This document shows, in pieces, positions 1-10,521 of a DNA stretch of 43,897 nucleotides. The stretch lies in the NCBI GenBank assembly GCA_026329315.1, contig GCA_026329315.1_4342.1. One strand, 5' to 3'. Below the pieces are notes generated by a model. The model was not told the origin of the DNA. It worked only from the letters and a program-made list of their open reading frames with translations, and ran no database searches. A program made the position numbers and the translations under genes. The first letter of the stretch is position 1; each line of letters starts with the position of its first letter. This DNA comes from a phage.

Positions 1-1
1 G

Positions 2-1132
2 TCAGATGCTAACGTGGTTTGCACGAACTATGAGGTTATCGAGTGGCTGATTGACTACTACGGCAAAGACGACTGGCCTTTTACGGTTATCGTTGCAGAT
101 GAAAGCACGAAGCTTAAATCATTCCGCCGCCGTTCAGGTGGTAGCAAGCGTGCAAAGGCGCTTAGTAAAGTGGCTTTCGGAAGGGTTAAGCGTTTTATTA
201 ACCTGACTGGTACACCGTCACCAAACGGCCTCAAGGATTTGTGGGGCCAGAACTGGTTTATCGACGCTGGCGAGCGCCTAGGTTCGTCGTATACAGCATT
301 CACCGACCGCTGGTTTAATTCGGTACAGAAAGGAAAATCTGCGATGGCACGTGAATATCACGCCCGCCCTGGTGCAGATAACGAGATTCACCAGAAGATG
401 AAGGACATCAGTCTGACGATTGACGCCGCCGAGTGGTTCGGTTGTGAAGCGCCTGTTATCGTGCCGGTTGAAATCGACCTGCCGAAGAAAGCACGTCAGG
501 CGTACATCGATATGGAGGAGAAGCTATTCGCGGAACTGGAAAGCGGAGAAGTTGAAGCGGCTAACGCTGCGGCGAAGACGTCGAAGTGTCTGCAGATTGC
601 CTCCGGTGCCGTGTATGTTTCGGGCCCTGACGGCGAAGCAACCAAAGACTGGGAGAAAGTGCACGACACGAAACTGGACGCACTGGAGTCCATTGTGGAA
701 GAGTTACAGGGCGCGCCGTTACTGGTGGCCTATCAGTTCAAGCACGAACTGGAGCGCATCCTTAAGCGATTCCCGCGGGCCCAGGCATTTGCCAAAGGTG
801 CGAAGGGTAATAAGCAGATGGAAGCGTGGAACCGTGGGGAAATCGAGATTTTATGCGTGCATCCTGCGTCAGCCGGGCATGGTTTGAATTTACAGGACGG
901 GGGTCATCATCTGGCGTTCATCTCGCAAGGCTGGAACCTTGAGCACTATTTGCAGGTTGTTGAGCGTATAGGCCCGGTCCGCCAGAAACAAGCGGGGCAC
1001 GAGCGACCGGTGTTCCTCTATCACATCGTCGCTAAAGACACGCTGGACGAGGTTGTTGCCACACGTACTGACGAGAAGAAATCGGTACAGGAAGAGTTGC
1101 TTAATTACATGAAGAGACGAGGTAAGAAATGA
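2..1132 (+). CDS. SNF2-family DNA helicase, C-terminal portion (5' end cut by window edge)
   Basis: Frame is open to window start; DEAH-like motif II (VIVADEST), SNF2 motif III (LTGTPSPNG), helicase C-domain motif (HPASAGHGLNLQ). Confidence 0.75.
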   Translation, partial: SDANVVCTNYEVIEWLIDYYGKDDWPFTVIVADESTKLKSFRRRSGGSKRAKALSKVAFGRVKRFINLTGTPSPNGLKDLWGQNWFIDAGERLGSSYTAFTDRWFNSVQKGKSAMAREYHARPGADNEIHQKMKDISLTIDAAEWFGCEAPVIVPVEIDLPKKARQAYIDMEEKLFAELESGEVEAANAAAKTSKCLQIASGAVYVSGPDGEATKDWEKVHDTKLDALESIVEELQGAPLLVAYQFKHELERILKRFPRAQAFAKGAKGNKQMEAWNRGEIEILCVHPASAGHGLNLQDGGHHLAFISQGWNLEHYLQVVERIGPVRQKQAGHERPVFLYHIVAKDTLDEVVATRTDEKKSVQEELLNYMKRRGKK

Positions 1133-1644
1133 TGGATGGCGAGGAGTTACTACTTAAGGCGCATCTGCTGTCACGAGGTTTTGACGCAGACCGTCTCCAG
1201 GTAGTCTTAGCCCCTGGCGTTGCTACATTCTACTTGTGGGGTTTTGACGGTAGGCTACGAGGATACCAGCATTACAAGCCACATGCTGAAAAGAACTGTA
1301 AAAACCCTAAAGACGCGCGGTACTTTACCCGAACAACAAGGCCGTGTTTATGGGGACTTGAGTATTTGCCAAGTAGCGGGGTGGTATTTGTTACCGAAAG
1401 CATATTTAAAGCTGTTGCTTTGATGAATTGCGGGTTTAATGCAGTTAGCGCATTGGGGTCGAACATACCAGCTGACTTACGGCAGCAAATGTCACTTTTG
1501 CCGTATGAATGGGTGTGCGCCGGTGACAATGATAAAGCTGGTTTAAAATTTAGCAGAACATTCTCCAGAGGATTTGTATCTAACGACCTTGATGAACTTT
1601 GTGAAGAAGAAATAACGTATCTTGCGAGGAAATTTACCAGATGA
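1129..1644 (+). CDS. Toprim-domain protein
   Basis: ATGA start/stop overlap with helicase; VFVTES...NAVSALG...GDNDKAG pattern typical of Toprim fold. Confidence 0.5.
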   Translation: MMDGEELLLKAHLLSRGFDADRLQVVLAPGVATFYLWGFDGRLRGYQHYKPHAEKNCKNPKDARYFTRTTRPCLWGLEYLPSSGVVFVTESIFKAVALMNCGFNAVSALGSNIPADLRQQMSLLPYEWVCAGDNDKAGLKFSRTFSRGFVSNDLDELCEEEITYLARKFTR

Positions 1645-1778
1645 ACATCATAGCCCCGATTCCGGCATTGCAAAAACGTATCAAGGAACTTGAGGAAGAG
1701 GTTCTACGACTACGGCAACAAAGAGACGCCGCTAATGCGCAACTGGCGTTTGTACTGGAGAAGCTATCAGAAGAGTAG
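1641..1778 (+). CDS. small coiled-coil protein (45 aa, below ORF-track cutoff)
   Basis: ATGA overlap with upstream stop, ends just before terminator hairpin. Confidence 0.3.
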   Translation: MNIIAPIPALQKRIKELEEEVLRLRQQRDAANAQLAFVLEKLSEE

Positions 1779-1784
1779 AGAAAA

Positions 1785-1812
1785 GGCCCCTTTCGGGGCC
1801 TTAGTTTTATTT
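1785..1812. terminator. bidirectional rho-independent terminator (GGCCCC-TTTC-GGGGCC flanked by A/T runs)
   Basis: Perfect 6-bp GC stem, A-run upstream and TTAGTTTTATTT downstream; sits between convergent genes. Confidence 0.6.
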
Positions 1813-3942
1813 AGCAACCCAACCAATAGAATTTGTTCCTGACTCTTTGACGTAAAACCTAGTTGACGCAGAACCATCTGTCCTACGGTACTGTGACCCG
1901 ACGGGGGCGCCAATACCGGCTGTTATTGGTGAATTTGACCCCGTATGTACAAGCACACTATTCCCCGTGGCTTGGTTATTTATAGGGGCAACACCTCCGT
2001 AGGAGATATTATCCACCATATGCACATTTGTGCATGTAGATGTTGCGATGATACCAACGTTTGGTTTTATTGATGCACCATTATCCAGGATGCAATTGTT
2101 TGATATTATGACGTTACTCGCGGCAGAGTCTATGGTTATGCCGGAGCGAGATGTTGCCCCCGTAGAGACACCGCTCATGGTGTTACCTCGAATAGTAACG
2201 CCGTTAGCCTTGCAGTTAATATGTACACCATTGTAGGCTATATTGTCGAAAACGTTCCCCTCTATAGCGCCTAATGCCGTCAACCCAGTTCCTATGAATG
2301 TGGTTGCGTCGGTCTCCGCAATCCAAATACCATTATTGCTAGCGTTAGACCAGGTATTGTTTTTTATGGAGAACTTATTAGGGAACCTCATAGATATAAG
2401 CCCTAACCCGCCCGAACCTGTATTACCCGACACGACGATATTACGGCACCATCTTGCGTCTATCCCATAAGCGAGCGTCTCGCTTAGTTCCATGGAGTTA
2501 TTGGCTATTTCTATGTAATCGTGCCAAACATCGGAGGCGTCAGTGAACGGCCAGGTAGCCGCCGCCAGTAGCACGGGGTTGCGTACATTTATAAAATAGT
2601 TGTTTACGATGCGACCGTGGCGTGAACCCTGCGGTTTAGTTGAGTTTGGGTATGGTGTTACGTGCACGCCGCGGCCGGTAGAATCCCTGAATGTATTACC
2701 CGAAATAAGGTAGTTTCTCCAGTTGAAAACCCTAACACCGGCAAAAAGACAACCCTCTGTGGTGTTATTGATTATTTTGATATTGTTATCCTGTACTCCG
2801 TATGAGCTGACGTGGTTCCCTACCAGAGCGCCAAAACTCCCGAGTGAAGAGTTTGCGTTAGGCATGACGATGCAGTTGTCTACTGTCAAGTCACTACATT
2901 GCGTCGGCACCCTAATACTTATATCGCCTGGGTCTAACTGAATGGCTTCCGAATAGTTTCGCGAAGTGTCTACTAACTTGAATCCGGAAAAGACGCAGTC
3001 ACGAATGACAACGCGTTTCCATCCAGCGATATCGATACAGTGATAGTCACAAACATTACTGAACTTAATACCGGTAAACTTAAGGTCGGTATTCAGCGTG
3101 CTGGAGAGAATATTGAATGCAGTATCGCCCATGTTGTGCGCGTTGCCGTCGAATTCACCTCCGGAGATGGTGACATTGCTTGCGGAATTGTGGGCCAGAT
3201 TCACCATACTATCGCCTGTTGTGTAGTTTCGGCGAATGACAACACCATCGTCCATGACTATATGTGTGTTTGCGTAAACAGTTATCGTCCCGGATATGAG
3301 GTAAACGCCAGGAACGTTGATACGCAGCAAGCCGCCGCCCATAGAATTAAGTGCGGATAAGGCCGAATTCAATGCGGATGTGTTATCGGCATTTGACGGC
3401 ATGCCGTTGAAATCGTAAAGGTCAAGGCTTCTGGCGTTTTTATTGTGTTGCGTTTGGGGCACGGACCCATCATACGGCTGTTTAACCGCAACCAACATGT
3501 CGCCAAACTCTTCCCCGCTAGACGCAAGCTGGGCGCGTAATTGAATGTCCCCAACAGGTCGCCAGGCCCCCTCAGCAACACCACCAGTGGTCGAAGGAGT
3601 TGATGAGGCCGGGATAACCTTCGGCAGCGCGCCCTCCCAATAGTACCAGTCCCCGTCGCCCCCAGAGGCTAAAGTCCAGAGGACTGCCTTATTGCGGTCG
3701 CTCGGGGTTAACGTACCGCCTGTGGAGAAATCCCATGACACCGGAGAAAAACCCGCGTCGCGCAACACGGCAGGAAGCGTCTTCTGCGTCTGCCCGGTAA
3801 CCTGGTTTGTCGCGTAATCAATATCGGCCCCGCCAGCAACACCACCGGATTTACCGGTGATAACTTCGGCTTCGAAAATCTGGTGCTTCTTGGCGGTTTG
3901 TAAATCCGCCAGGCTTAAAACGTCACCGCATCCGCTTGACAT
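1807..3942 (-). CDS. tailspike / receptor-binding depolymerase (right-handed beta-helix, pectate-lyase-like)
   Basis: 711 aa, last gene of tail operon, repetitive G/N/T/S-rich beta-helix-like repeats; ATG with AAAGAGGA RBS. Confidence 0.65.
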   Translation of the reverse strand: MSSGCGDVLSLADLQTAKKHQIFEAEVITGKSGGVAGGADIDYATNQVTGQTQKTLPAVLRDAGFSPVSWDFSTGGTLTPSDRNKAVLWTLASGGDGDWYYWEGALPKVIPASSTPSTTGGVAEGAWRPVGDIQLRAQLASSGEEFGDMLVAVKQPYDGSVPQTQHNKNARSLDLYDFNGMPSNADNTSALNSALSALNSMGGGLLRINVPGVYLISGTITVYANTHIVMDDGVVIRRNYTTGDSMVNLAHNSASNVTISGGEFDGNAHNMGDTAFNILSSTLNTDLKFTGIKFSNVCDYHCIDIAGWKRVVIRDCVFSGFKLVDTSRNYSEAIQLDPGDISIRVPTQCSDLTVDNCIVMPNANSSLGSFGALVGNHVSSYGVQDNNIKIINNTTEGCLFAGVRVFNWRNYLISGNTFRDSTGRGVHVTPYPNSTKPQGSRHGRIVNNYFINVRNPVLLAAATWPFTDASDVWHDYIEIANNSMELSETLAYGIDARWCRNIVVSGNTGSGGLGLISMRFPNKFSIKNNTWSNASNNGIWIAETDATTFIGTGLTALGAIEGNVFDNIAYNGVHINCKANGVTIRGNTMSGVSTGATSRSGITIDSAASNVIISNNCILDNGASIKPNVGIIATSTCTNVHMVDNISYGGVAPINNQATGNSVLVHTGSNSPITAGIGAPVGSQYRRTDGSASTRFYVKESGTNSIGWVAK

Positions 3943-3954
3943 ATAGAGTCCTCT

Positions 3955-6522
3955 TTAATTAAAACCATTGCTGAATCCGTCGGAGAAGCTGCTGCCGTAT
4001 GGCGCGACGCCGTCGTATTTATAGAATCCGTCGTCATAGTTGTAACCAGTAATCTTGACCGTGCGGTCGTCGCCGGGGTCGATTGAAGAAACAACTATCT
4101 TCTGAGCATTATGCCTTGCTTCGTTGCCGAATGAAAACTCAGTTTTTAGTGCGCTATTCCCCGTGTAGATTGCCTCCTCCGGCGCGGAGAGCATAATCAC
4201 CTCGCGGTCGTGGCTTCCTTTGATAACAGAAATACTCTGCACGGAGCCATCGCGCTTCTTGAGGATGATGGAGTGGTCATCGCCGGGGGTAAACGTAACA
4301 GGTTGCGACAGTGTCAGCGTAAGCCCATTAACGGCAACAACATAACCATCCTGAGGCGCGATACGTGAACCTTTAACCACGCTGATTACACCACCCGGTG
4401 TAGCGAGTGCACCCTCTTCGGTAGCTTCGAACTCTACGACAACTTTACTTAACGCGTTGCGCTGGTAGCGACGCCACGCCAGCCAGTACGCTTGCTGATA
4501 GTTACGTACACCCTTCGATTCGTACTCCTCGGTGTTCGCGCCGAGTTCTTCCGGGATATAAATCGTCTCCTGTACGTTTGTATCCGGGTCAATGTACGAG
4601 AACGACAGGCTATCGTAGGTTGTCGAATCGTTGAACGTGCGCGTCCATTTCTCCGTACCGGTCGTTTTGCTGCGGTGGGTGAAAACCATCTCAGGCCCCG
4701 CAACAGGACGGTCGAATCGCAGCATAATATCAGCACCTTTACGGTATGCCGTACAAAACACGGCTTCCGCGATGGTCTGAACGATGTCTTGCATGGTTGT
4801 GTCGTAGTCGTCGAATGTGTAGCAGAACTGCCCGGCTAATTCACTGCCAAAATATGACTCAATCTCTTCCTGCACGGCAAGTAACTTGTCCATATTTGCC
4901 GTTGTCAGTTCCAGATTACCCACCACAGGGTCACGCGCCAGCCTGATTAGCGACTGCACGGCCTGAGTGTTCGGTGTCATTACCGTATCGAATACGCCGT
5001 TACCTAAGTATTTGTAGCACATCTCGGTTGCAATCATGCGCAGTTCCGGTTCGGACACCTCGGCTGCACGTGGGGTTTGTTTACGAGCGCAGCGTACAGT
5101 AGTGCGGTTGCCGTAGTGCGGGGTTGTATCCAGTGACTGCCCGTACAGATTAGTGAAAGTAACCTCGTCGCTAACAGTACCCTCAAAATCTTTATCAGTA
5201 TCGGAAACACGGCGCATACGGGCGCGGAATCTGGAAGCGGTAGGCAAGCTTCCGTATAGGGTAATACCAGTGTAATCGGTGTTTCTCCCTGTAACAGTGC
5301 CTTGCACGGTGAATATATCACCTACAGGCTGTTTCAGCTCATCAACCATCTGGTATTGCAGTTCCACTGTCACTGAAGCGCGGTTATAGTCGCCGTTGTA
5401 TTTATACATGCCGTTGCTGGCGGCGACATTGGCTACAACACGGTCGACAATACCGCGGGTGATGTACGCCCATTCAGAGAGAGAAGCCGCGTAAGTGTCC
5501 GCCGGGCCTATAAGATGGTTACCCTCTTCACCTATAAACCACACAGACGCCCCTAGCTGGTTCCATACTGATTGATTTGTACTGACGTCCACAATAAGGG
5601 TGGTTTCACTAACCGAAAGAACAGTGTACCTCCCGTCTAAGTTAACCTCATTACCTAAAGACCCGGGAGTTGTGTCCGCATATACGTTATCGAAATATGC
5701 CAGGTCTCCGACAGCCAAAAACTCATCGAAACCAGCGTCATCGCCTATTACAACGCCGGTTGTTCCCTGCCGCTGGACAGTGTAGTCCTGCACGTCTATA
5801 GCGATATCATTAGGGGCGGGAAGAACAGCGCCATCGACATAGGCGTTTTTAAATGTAACGTACAATTTCTGGTCTATCGGGTCGCCAATATGCAATTGTG
5901 GGGCGTTGGTGTTATTCGGCGAAGTGTAAGGGGAATACACCGCCACCGACGAGCCAGTTATCTCGCTGATTCGGGTATCTGCCTCAGTTACACCGTCTTC
6001 CTCAATATGCAGATACCCTCGACCGGCGTCATAGTACGCATATTCAATAAGTACCCCAGAGGCATTAAACACCTTATATGTTTGCATCAGGTCATTGGGG
6101 ATGGTCTGCACTGTCCCACAGATATCATAAGAACGCTCATAAGGTCGTGGCTTGTTTGAGCGGTCGGTGAGACTGTTGTTAGGCGACGTAGCCTGATTGT
6201 TGGTAGCGGAATAATTAGCGTTAGCCGCTGTGTTTAGCCCGAACAATTTGGCGATTGGCTTAAGGATGAAACTGAATACACTCCCGATGGCGTCGCCAAT
6301 GCCGCCGCCAGCGCCCTCAATAATGTGGTACACGGCGTCCTCGTCTTTGAGCGCGTCGAAGTCGTCTGTAACATCAGTATCATCACCAATCTCGCCAAGA
6401 TAGACGCGTACCGGAACGCCGTCCGGGATACGGTTAACGACAAACTCCATCGGCATCCCGACGTGTTTTGTACGGTCGAAAGCCCCGTCGGCATTTCGCG
6501 TGTAGTGCAGGATTATCGCCAA
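3955..6522 (-). CDS. central tail fiber / tip attachment protein (lambda J-like)
   Basis: 855 aa, position after K/L-like genes; apparent TTG start overlapping upstream stop. Confidence 0.55.
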   Translation of the reverse strand: MAIILHYTRNADGAFDRTKHVGMPMEFVVNRIPDGVPVRVYLGEIGDDTDVTDDFDALKDEDAVYHIIEGAGGGIGDAIGSVFSFILKPIAKLFGLNTAANANYSATNNQATSPNNSLTDRSNKPRPYERSYDICGTVQTIPNDLMQTYKVFNASGVLIEYAYYDAGRGYLHIEEDGVTEADTRISEITGSSVAVYSPYTSPNNTNAPQLHIGDPIDQKLYVTFKNAYVDGAVLPAPNDIAIDVQDYTVQRQGTTGVVIGDDAGFDEFLAVGDLAYFDNVYADTTPGSLGNEVNLDGRYTVLSVSETTLIVDVSTNQSVWNQLGASVWFIGEEGNHLIGPADTYAASLSEWAYITRGIVDRVVANVAASNGMYKYNGDYNRASVTVELQYQMVDELKQPVGDIFTVQGTVTGRNTDYTGITLYGSLPTASRFRARMRRVSDTDKDFEGTVSDEVTFTNLYGQSLDTTPHYGNRTTVRCARKQTPRAAEVSEPELRMIATEMCYKYLGNGVFDTVMTPNTQAVQSLIRLARDPVVGNLELTTANMDKLLAVQEEIESYFGSELAGQFCYTFDDYDTTMQDIVQTIAEAVFCTAYRKGADIMLRFDRPVAGPEMVFTHRSKTTGTEKWTRTFNDSTTYDSLSFSYIDPDTNVQETIYIPEELGANTEEYESKGVRNYQQAYWLAWRRYQRNALSKVVVEFEATEEGALATPGGVISVVKGSRIAPQDGYVVAVNGLTLTLSQPVTFTPGDDHSIILKKRDGSVQSISVIKGSHDREVIMLSAPEEAIYTGNSALKTEFSFGNEARHNAQKIVVSSIDPGDDRTVKITGYNYDDGFYKYDGVAPYGSSFSDGFSNGFN

Positions 6523-6878
6523 AATTCAATCTCCGTGTACGTGTCTCTGAGGTCCGCCAGCCGGTCAAGTCGTACCTGACGGGACGCAAGCTCGCAATGA
6601 CTCACCATCCCGTCGAAGTAAACTCCCGCGTGCCACACGATACGACCGCCACGGCGATACCCCATAAGCACCGCACAGAAGTTTTCAGGCTTATCAATCT
6701 TCGTAAGCCCCTTCGTGTCACGATGGCCTTCGTCGAACGCTTCGTTAATCGCCGTTGGGCTTGTAACGTCGAACGCCGGGGTTTCTAACCCGGCATCGGC
6801 CCGTACAATGCGAACGTGATGCCAGCAATTGCGTTTGCGAAAGTCGTAAGGTATTCCCGTGTAGTCGTTAATATTCAT
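6513..6878 (-). CDS. tail assembly protein, NlpC/P60-like (lambda K-like)
   Basis: Cys/His motif NCWHHVR; position in tail-tip cluster. Confidence 0.5.
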   Translation of the reverse strand: MNINDYTGIPYDFRKRNCWHHVRIVRADAGLETPAFDVTSPTAINEAFDEGHRDTKGLTKIDKPENFCAVLMGYRRGGRIVWHAGVYFDGMVSHCELASRQVRLDRLADLRDTYTEIEFWR

Positions 6879-7390
6879 GTGGTCAACAGGCCGCGTAATA
6901 ACGGTATCTCTTTAGGTGTCATCAGTATACCAGTGCTTCGTTGGTTCAGCATAGGTGTACCGACATCTGCGGAGAACTCGCCCTTCTCCTGATTAATGGC
7001 CTGTAACTCGTACACGACAGGGCCGTCAGCCGGGTAAGACAGGTCAGTGCTGACGTAACGGCGGAATATGAACTTCGGTAACTCGGTATTACTCATCGGG
7101 ATTTTATCCATCTCATCATCCAGTTGATTGAGAATATCCGGCAGAGTGAATGTTGTCGTCTGGTCCATATCACTGTTGTTAGCCGCCCCCGACGCCTCCA
7201 TCGGGGTAGGTTCGAATGTGATAGTTTCGCCTGTCTCCAGTGTTGCCGTAAGTTCCTGTAGCCCGCGCACAAGTAAATACCGCTTCGAAAGAAGCGGATG
7301 CACTATCTCCAGCGTCGTGTAGTCAATCTCGCCGTCGGGGTTTGAGGCCAGCTTACGGCGGTAGGCTGCTTCTACTGATTCCTGACTCAT
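6875..7390 (-). CDS. minor tail protein (lambda L-like)
   Basis: Position between tape-measure-proximal gene and K-like gene; ATGA overlap. Confidence 0.4.
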   Translation of the reverse strand: MSQESVEAAYRRKLASNPDGEIDYTTLEIVHPLLSKRYLLVRGLQELTATLETGETITFEPTPMEASGAANNSDMDQTTTFTLPDILNQLDDEMDKIPMSNTELPKFIFRRYVSTDLSYPADGPVVYELQAINQEKGEFSADVGTPMLNQRSTGILMTPKEIPLLRGLLTT

Positions 7391-7393
7391 AAG

Positions 7394-8182
7394 TTAACCG
7401 CCCACATTAAAATCAATACGAGTGATGTATTTACTGCCCCACGCAGAATCAGCCTGTGGGATGGCGGCGTAATCTCCAATCGCTGGAATGTTTACCACAG
7501 TGCCGTCAGAATAGGTAATGTCGATGCTTGTTGCGCCGTTCATTGCTACTTTTGCCGATGCCGCCGGGCGGGCTGATGGCACAAGATTGCCGTTTCGGTT
7601 GATGTGGTATACCTGTGGCCCCTCATAAACAATGCGGCTATCCAGCGCGGACGCCAGAAGGTTAATTGGCGGGTATCCCGCGGGCCCTTCATTACTCCAG
7701 ATGCGTGGGAACGTAGTCTCGTAGTTCGCATATATTTTCAGGAAACTGCCCAGGCAATCACCATAACAGCCATACAAATCCGGAAGATTGTTAATCAGGC
7801 ATTGGTTCTCAAGGTCCTGGAACGGCGATTTCTCGGCGGTTGCCGTGAAGGTAATTGTCCAGTTAATCCCGTCTTCGGTGGACTCCGCTATAGTGGACGT
7901 GATGGTTACCTGATAATCCTCAATACCCATGCCGAAGTCGTGCGCCATCCAGAAACTTGACGCGCCACCATCGACTTTCTCGAGGAACGACAGAAACGCC
8001 TGTCGCCCCATTGCGGATGTAATCAGGGTTACGCTAACAGGGAACACGTCGTAATACGTGTCACGGCCCTGACGCACCCCGCCACCGGCTAAATCTACAC
8101 TCCAGACGTTGTTACGTCTGGTCATTGAGTAGCCTTTTGATACCACCGGCTTAAGGCTACGTGGAAAGTATAAGTCGCTCAT
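7394..8182 (-). CDS. minor / distal tail protein
   Basis: Immediately downstream of tape measure gene; start overlaps tape-measure stop. Confidence 0.4.
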   Translation of the reverse strand: MSDLYFPRSLKPVVSKGYSMTRRNNVWSVDLAGGGVRQGRDTYYDVFPVSVTLITSAMGRQAFLSFLEKVDGGASSFWMAHDFGMGIEDYQVTITSTIAESTEDGINWTITFTATAEKSPFQDLENQCLINNLPDLYGCYGDCLGSFLKIYANYETTFPRIWSNEGPAGYPPINLLASALDSRIVYEGPQVYHINRNGNLVPSARPAASAKVAMNGATSIDITYSDGTVVNIPAIGDYAAIPQADSAWGSKYITRIDFNVGG

Positions 8183-10521
8183 TATTTAAACCCCGGCGCG
8201 TTTCTTGTGGCCTTGCGGGCCTTGCTAATCTTACTGTTGCTGTTCTGCAAAGATGCAGCAACTTGCTCTTCTATGATGATACGCAGACGGCCTTCATCAT
8301 CCTGCTCGGTGGATACGTTGCCAATCTGACTCGATGTATTATTTACAATGGTAACATTAGATGGGCCGGAAGAAGACCCGTTTTGCCCCATAATTTCTTT
8401 CATCTGCTGCGCGGTGCGCACACGCGATGCGCCAGCGGGCATGATAACTTCGGGTTTACCGCGTTCAGCGATGGTGGAAGCCTGCCCGGCGGATAACTGT
8501 CCACCCTGTTCACGTGCTGACCTGATAGCGGAAATCTGCGCCATACCTGCCCCGACGGCAGCGGCAGCGGCTACAGGGGCCAGGAACGGGCCAACAACAG
8601 GGATAGCAGCCGTTGACTTGTACGCCTCGATAGCTGCGGTGTACGTGGCTATAGTGGCCTGTACGATAGCGAATGCCTTGTACGCACCAGAAGCCTCGCC
8701 CAACGCAGACCCGATGTTTGAAGCCATGTTACCGAAAGCTGTTGCCGTTGCGTCGGCACGCTTGGTTGCGTACTGCTCGTTGATGGCGTTAAGCGCGGCC
8801 TGATACTGCTTCTCGCTAATCAGACCTTGTTCCCGGTACTTATCGGCTACCGCCAGTTTCTGCTGTTCCTGAATATCCAGAAGCTCAAGCTCGGTGGCGT
8901 TCTGGCCCATAATCTGAGCCATGAAATCATCACCTTTCTGCTGCTTCTCCTGGGCTTCTTTCCTTTTCTTGTCCAGTTCTTCCTGGCGGGCCTGTTCGGC
9001 AGAGAGCATAATCTGCGTCTTGGCGTTTTCGTACTGTTGGTCGCTAAGAAGCTTATTGCTATAAAAATCCTGCAACTTAGACAGTTGCTCTTCCTGGTTA
9101 GCTTCTATTTTCTGAAATACGTCATCATTAAGATGGATTGACTGATAGTAGAAGTCTTCCGCCGCCTTTTTCTGGCGCTCGAACGCGTCCGCTGCTTTCT
9201 TAGCGGCTTTTGCGGCTGACCCGTCATCGTCAGAACCGCCGCCGGTTCCGGTTACCTTAAATTTGTTTAACCCCTCAGCTTTTGCGGACTCCTTATCGAT
9301 GTCATACGCCGCGCGTTTTAACGCTACAATATCCTGTTGAGCTTCTACCTGTTCGCGGAAACTTTTACGCGTAACGTCGGCGACATCGCGCTGGGTATCC
9401 AAAGCCATGCCAAGCTGGAAGTTGATATTTTTAGCTACGTCTACTGATTCCCCGGGGGTAAAAGCGGCGCGTACAAGACGGCCAGCGTCCTGAGCACCTT
9501 TAACGATATCTTCAAAAAATCTCTCCATCGCGGTGAACTCTTCCGCGATGAAGTCAAGAGCATCGGCGGCGGATTCAGCGATGGTGGTGGCCGTTTGTTC
9601 TCCGCTATCGGTAATACTCTTGCTGCTGAAATCCCACAGTTCATTAAGCCCGTTGATGGCATCACCAACAAAGCCAAACGCAGCGTCGAATGACATCTCG
9701 ATAGCGCTTCCTACTTCCGACGCTATGTCGCCCCACATCTGCATTTCAGCGGCTAATTCACCGGAAGCAACAGACGCGTTTAATTCCTGGATCAAGTCAT
9801 CGATATACCTGATAGGTTCCGCAAGTGCGCCAACATCAAGACTGGTGGCAAGCGTCATTTTTAGCTGCGACCATGAGTCACTGGCGCTCGCGATAGCGCC
9901 ATTAAGGGTGTTGGCTTGGTCCGCCATGGCACCGGCAAAATTTACGTTACCAATATTAAGTAAATACTGCTCAATATCGGCAGCGCTTTTCTTAACTACG
10001 GTTGTTGTCCCCTGGAATGTAAACTCTACGTCGTTTTTGTTCTGCTTGGCTTTGATGCCGAATTCTTTTAGGCGTTCGAACTCAAACGTACTGGCGTCGG
10101 CTACCGCCTCAATCATCTGATTAAGGTCCTTGCCCATAGCCGATGCGGTATTGCCGTAGGACCGCAACGCCTCCTCGGATGGGGTAAGGCCAAGGGCCAC
10201 CAGCTTACGGAAGCCTTCCACCGCCTGCTCCAGTCCGTATGGGGTATCGCGGGCAAAATCTTGCAGGATACTTAGCGCCTGTTTAGCACCTTGGGTACTT
10301 CCTGTTAAGGTCTTCAAACTGGCGGACATCTTGTCCAGTTGCCGCTGTGAGTCAACCAGTTCTTGGGCAGCTTTATACGCGGTAGCCGCTACGATAGAAG
10401 CAAGGCCTGCTACGGCGGCCCCCGCTACTTTTGCGGACTTTGAAAGGTTGTCAAGACGGTCTGATGTGGCTTTCGCGCCTTGCTCTGTTACTTTTACTAC
10501 TAAACTAGCTACATCAGCCAT
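8182..10521 (-). CDS. tail tape measure protein
   Basis: 779 aa, coiled-coil-rich A/E/Q/K composition, follows chaperone pair. Confidence 0.8.
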   Translation of the reverse strand: MADVASLVVKVTEQGAKATSDRLDNLSKSAKVAGAAVAGLASIVAATAYKAAQELVDSQRQLDKMSASLKTLTGSTQGAKQALSILQDFARDTPYGLEQAVEGFRKLVALGLTPSEEALRSYGNTASAMGKDLNQMIEAVADASTFEFERLKEFGIKAKQNKNDVEFTFQGTTTVVKKSAADIEQYLLNIGNVNFAGAMADQANTLNGAIASASDSWSQLKMTLATSLDVGALAEPIRYIDDLIQELNASVASGELAAEMQMWGDIASEVGSAIEMSFDAAFGFVGDAINGLNELWDFSSKSITDSGEQTATTIAESAADALDFIAEEFTAMERFFEDIVKGAQDAGRLVRAAFTPGESVDVAKNINFQLGMALDTQRDVADVTRKSFREQVEAQQDIVALKRAAYDIDKESAKAEGLNKFKVTGTGGGSDDDGSAAKAAKKAADAFERQKKAAEDFYYQSIHLNDDVFQKIEANQEEQLSKLQDFYSNKLLSDQQYENAKTQIMLSAEQARQEELDKKRKEAQEKQQKGDDFMAQIMGQNATELELLDIQEQQKLAVADKYREQGLISEKQYQAALNAINEQYATKRADATATAFGNMASNIGSALGEASGAYKAFAIVQATIATYTAAIEAYKSTAAIPVVGPFLAPVAAAAAVGAGMAQISAIRSAREQGGQLSAGQASTIAERGKPEVIMPAGASRVRTAQQMKEIMGQNGSSSGPSNVTIVNNTSSQIGNVSTEQDDEGRLRIIIEEQVAASLQNSNSKISKARKATRNAPGFK

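Noticed and set aside
9533-10120. 195-aa + strand ORF (and 8348-8803) inside the tape measure gene
   Set aside because: Antisense to a confident 779-aa gene, low-complexity composition, no translation signals
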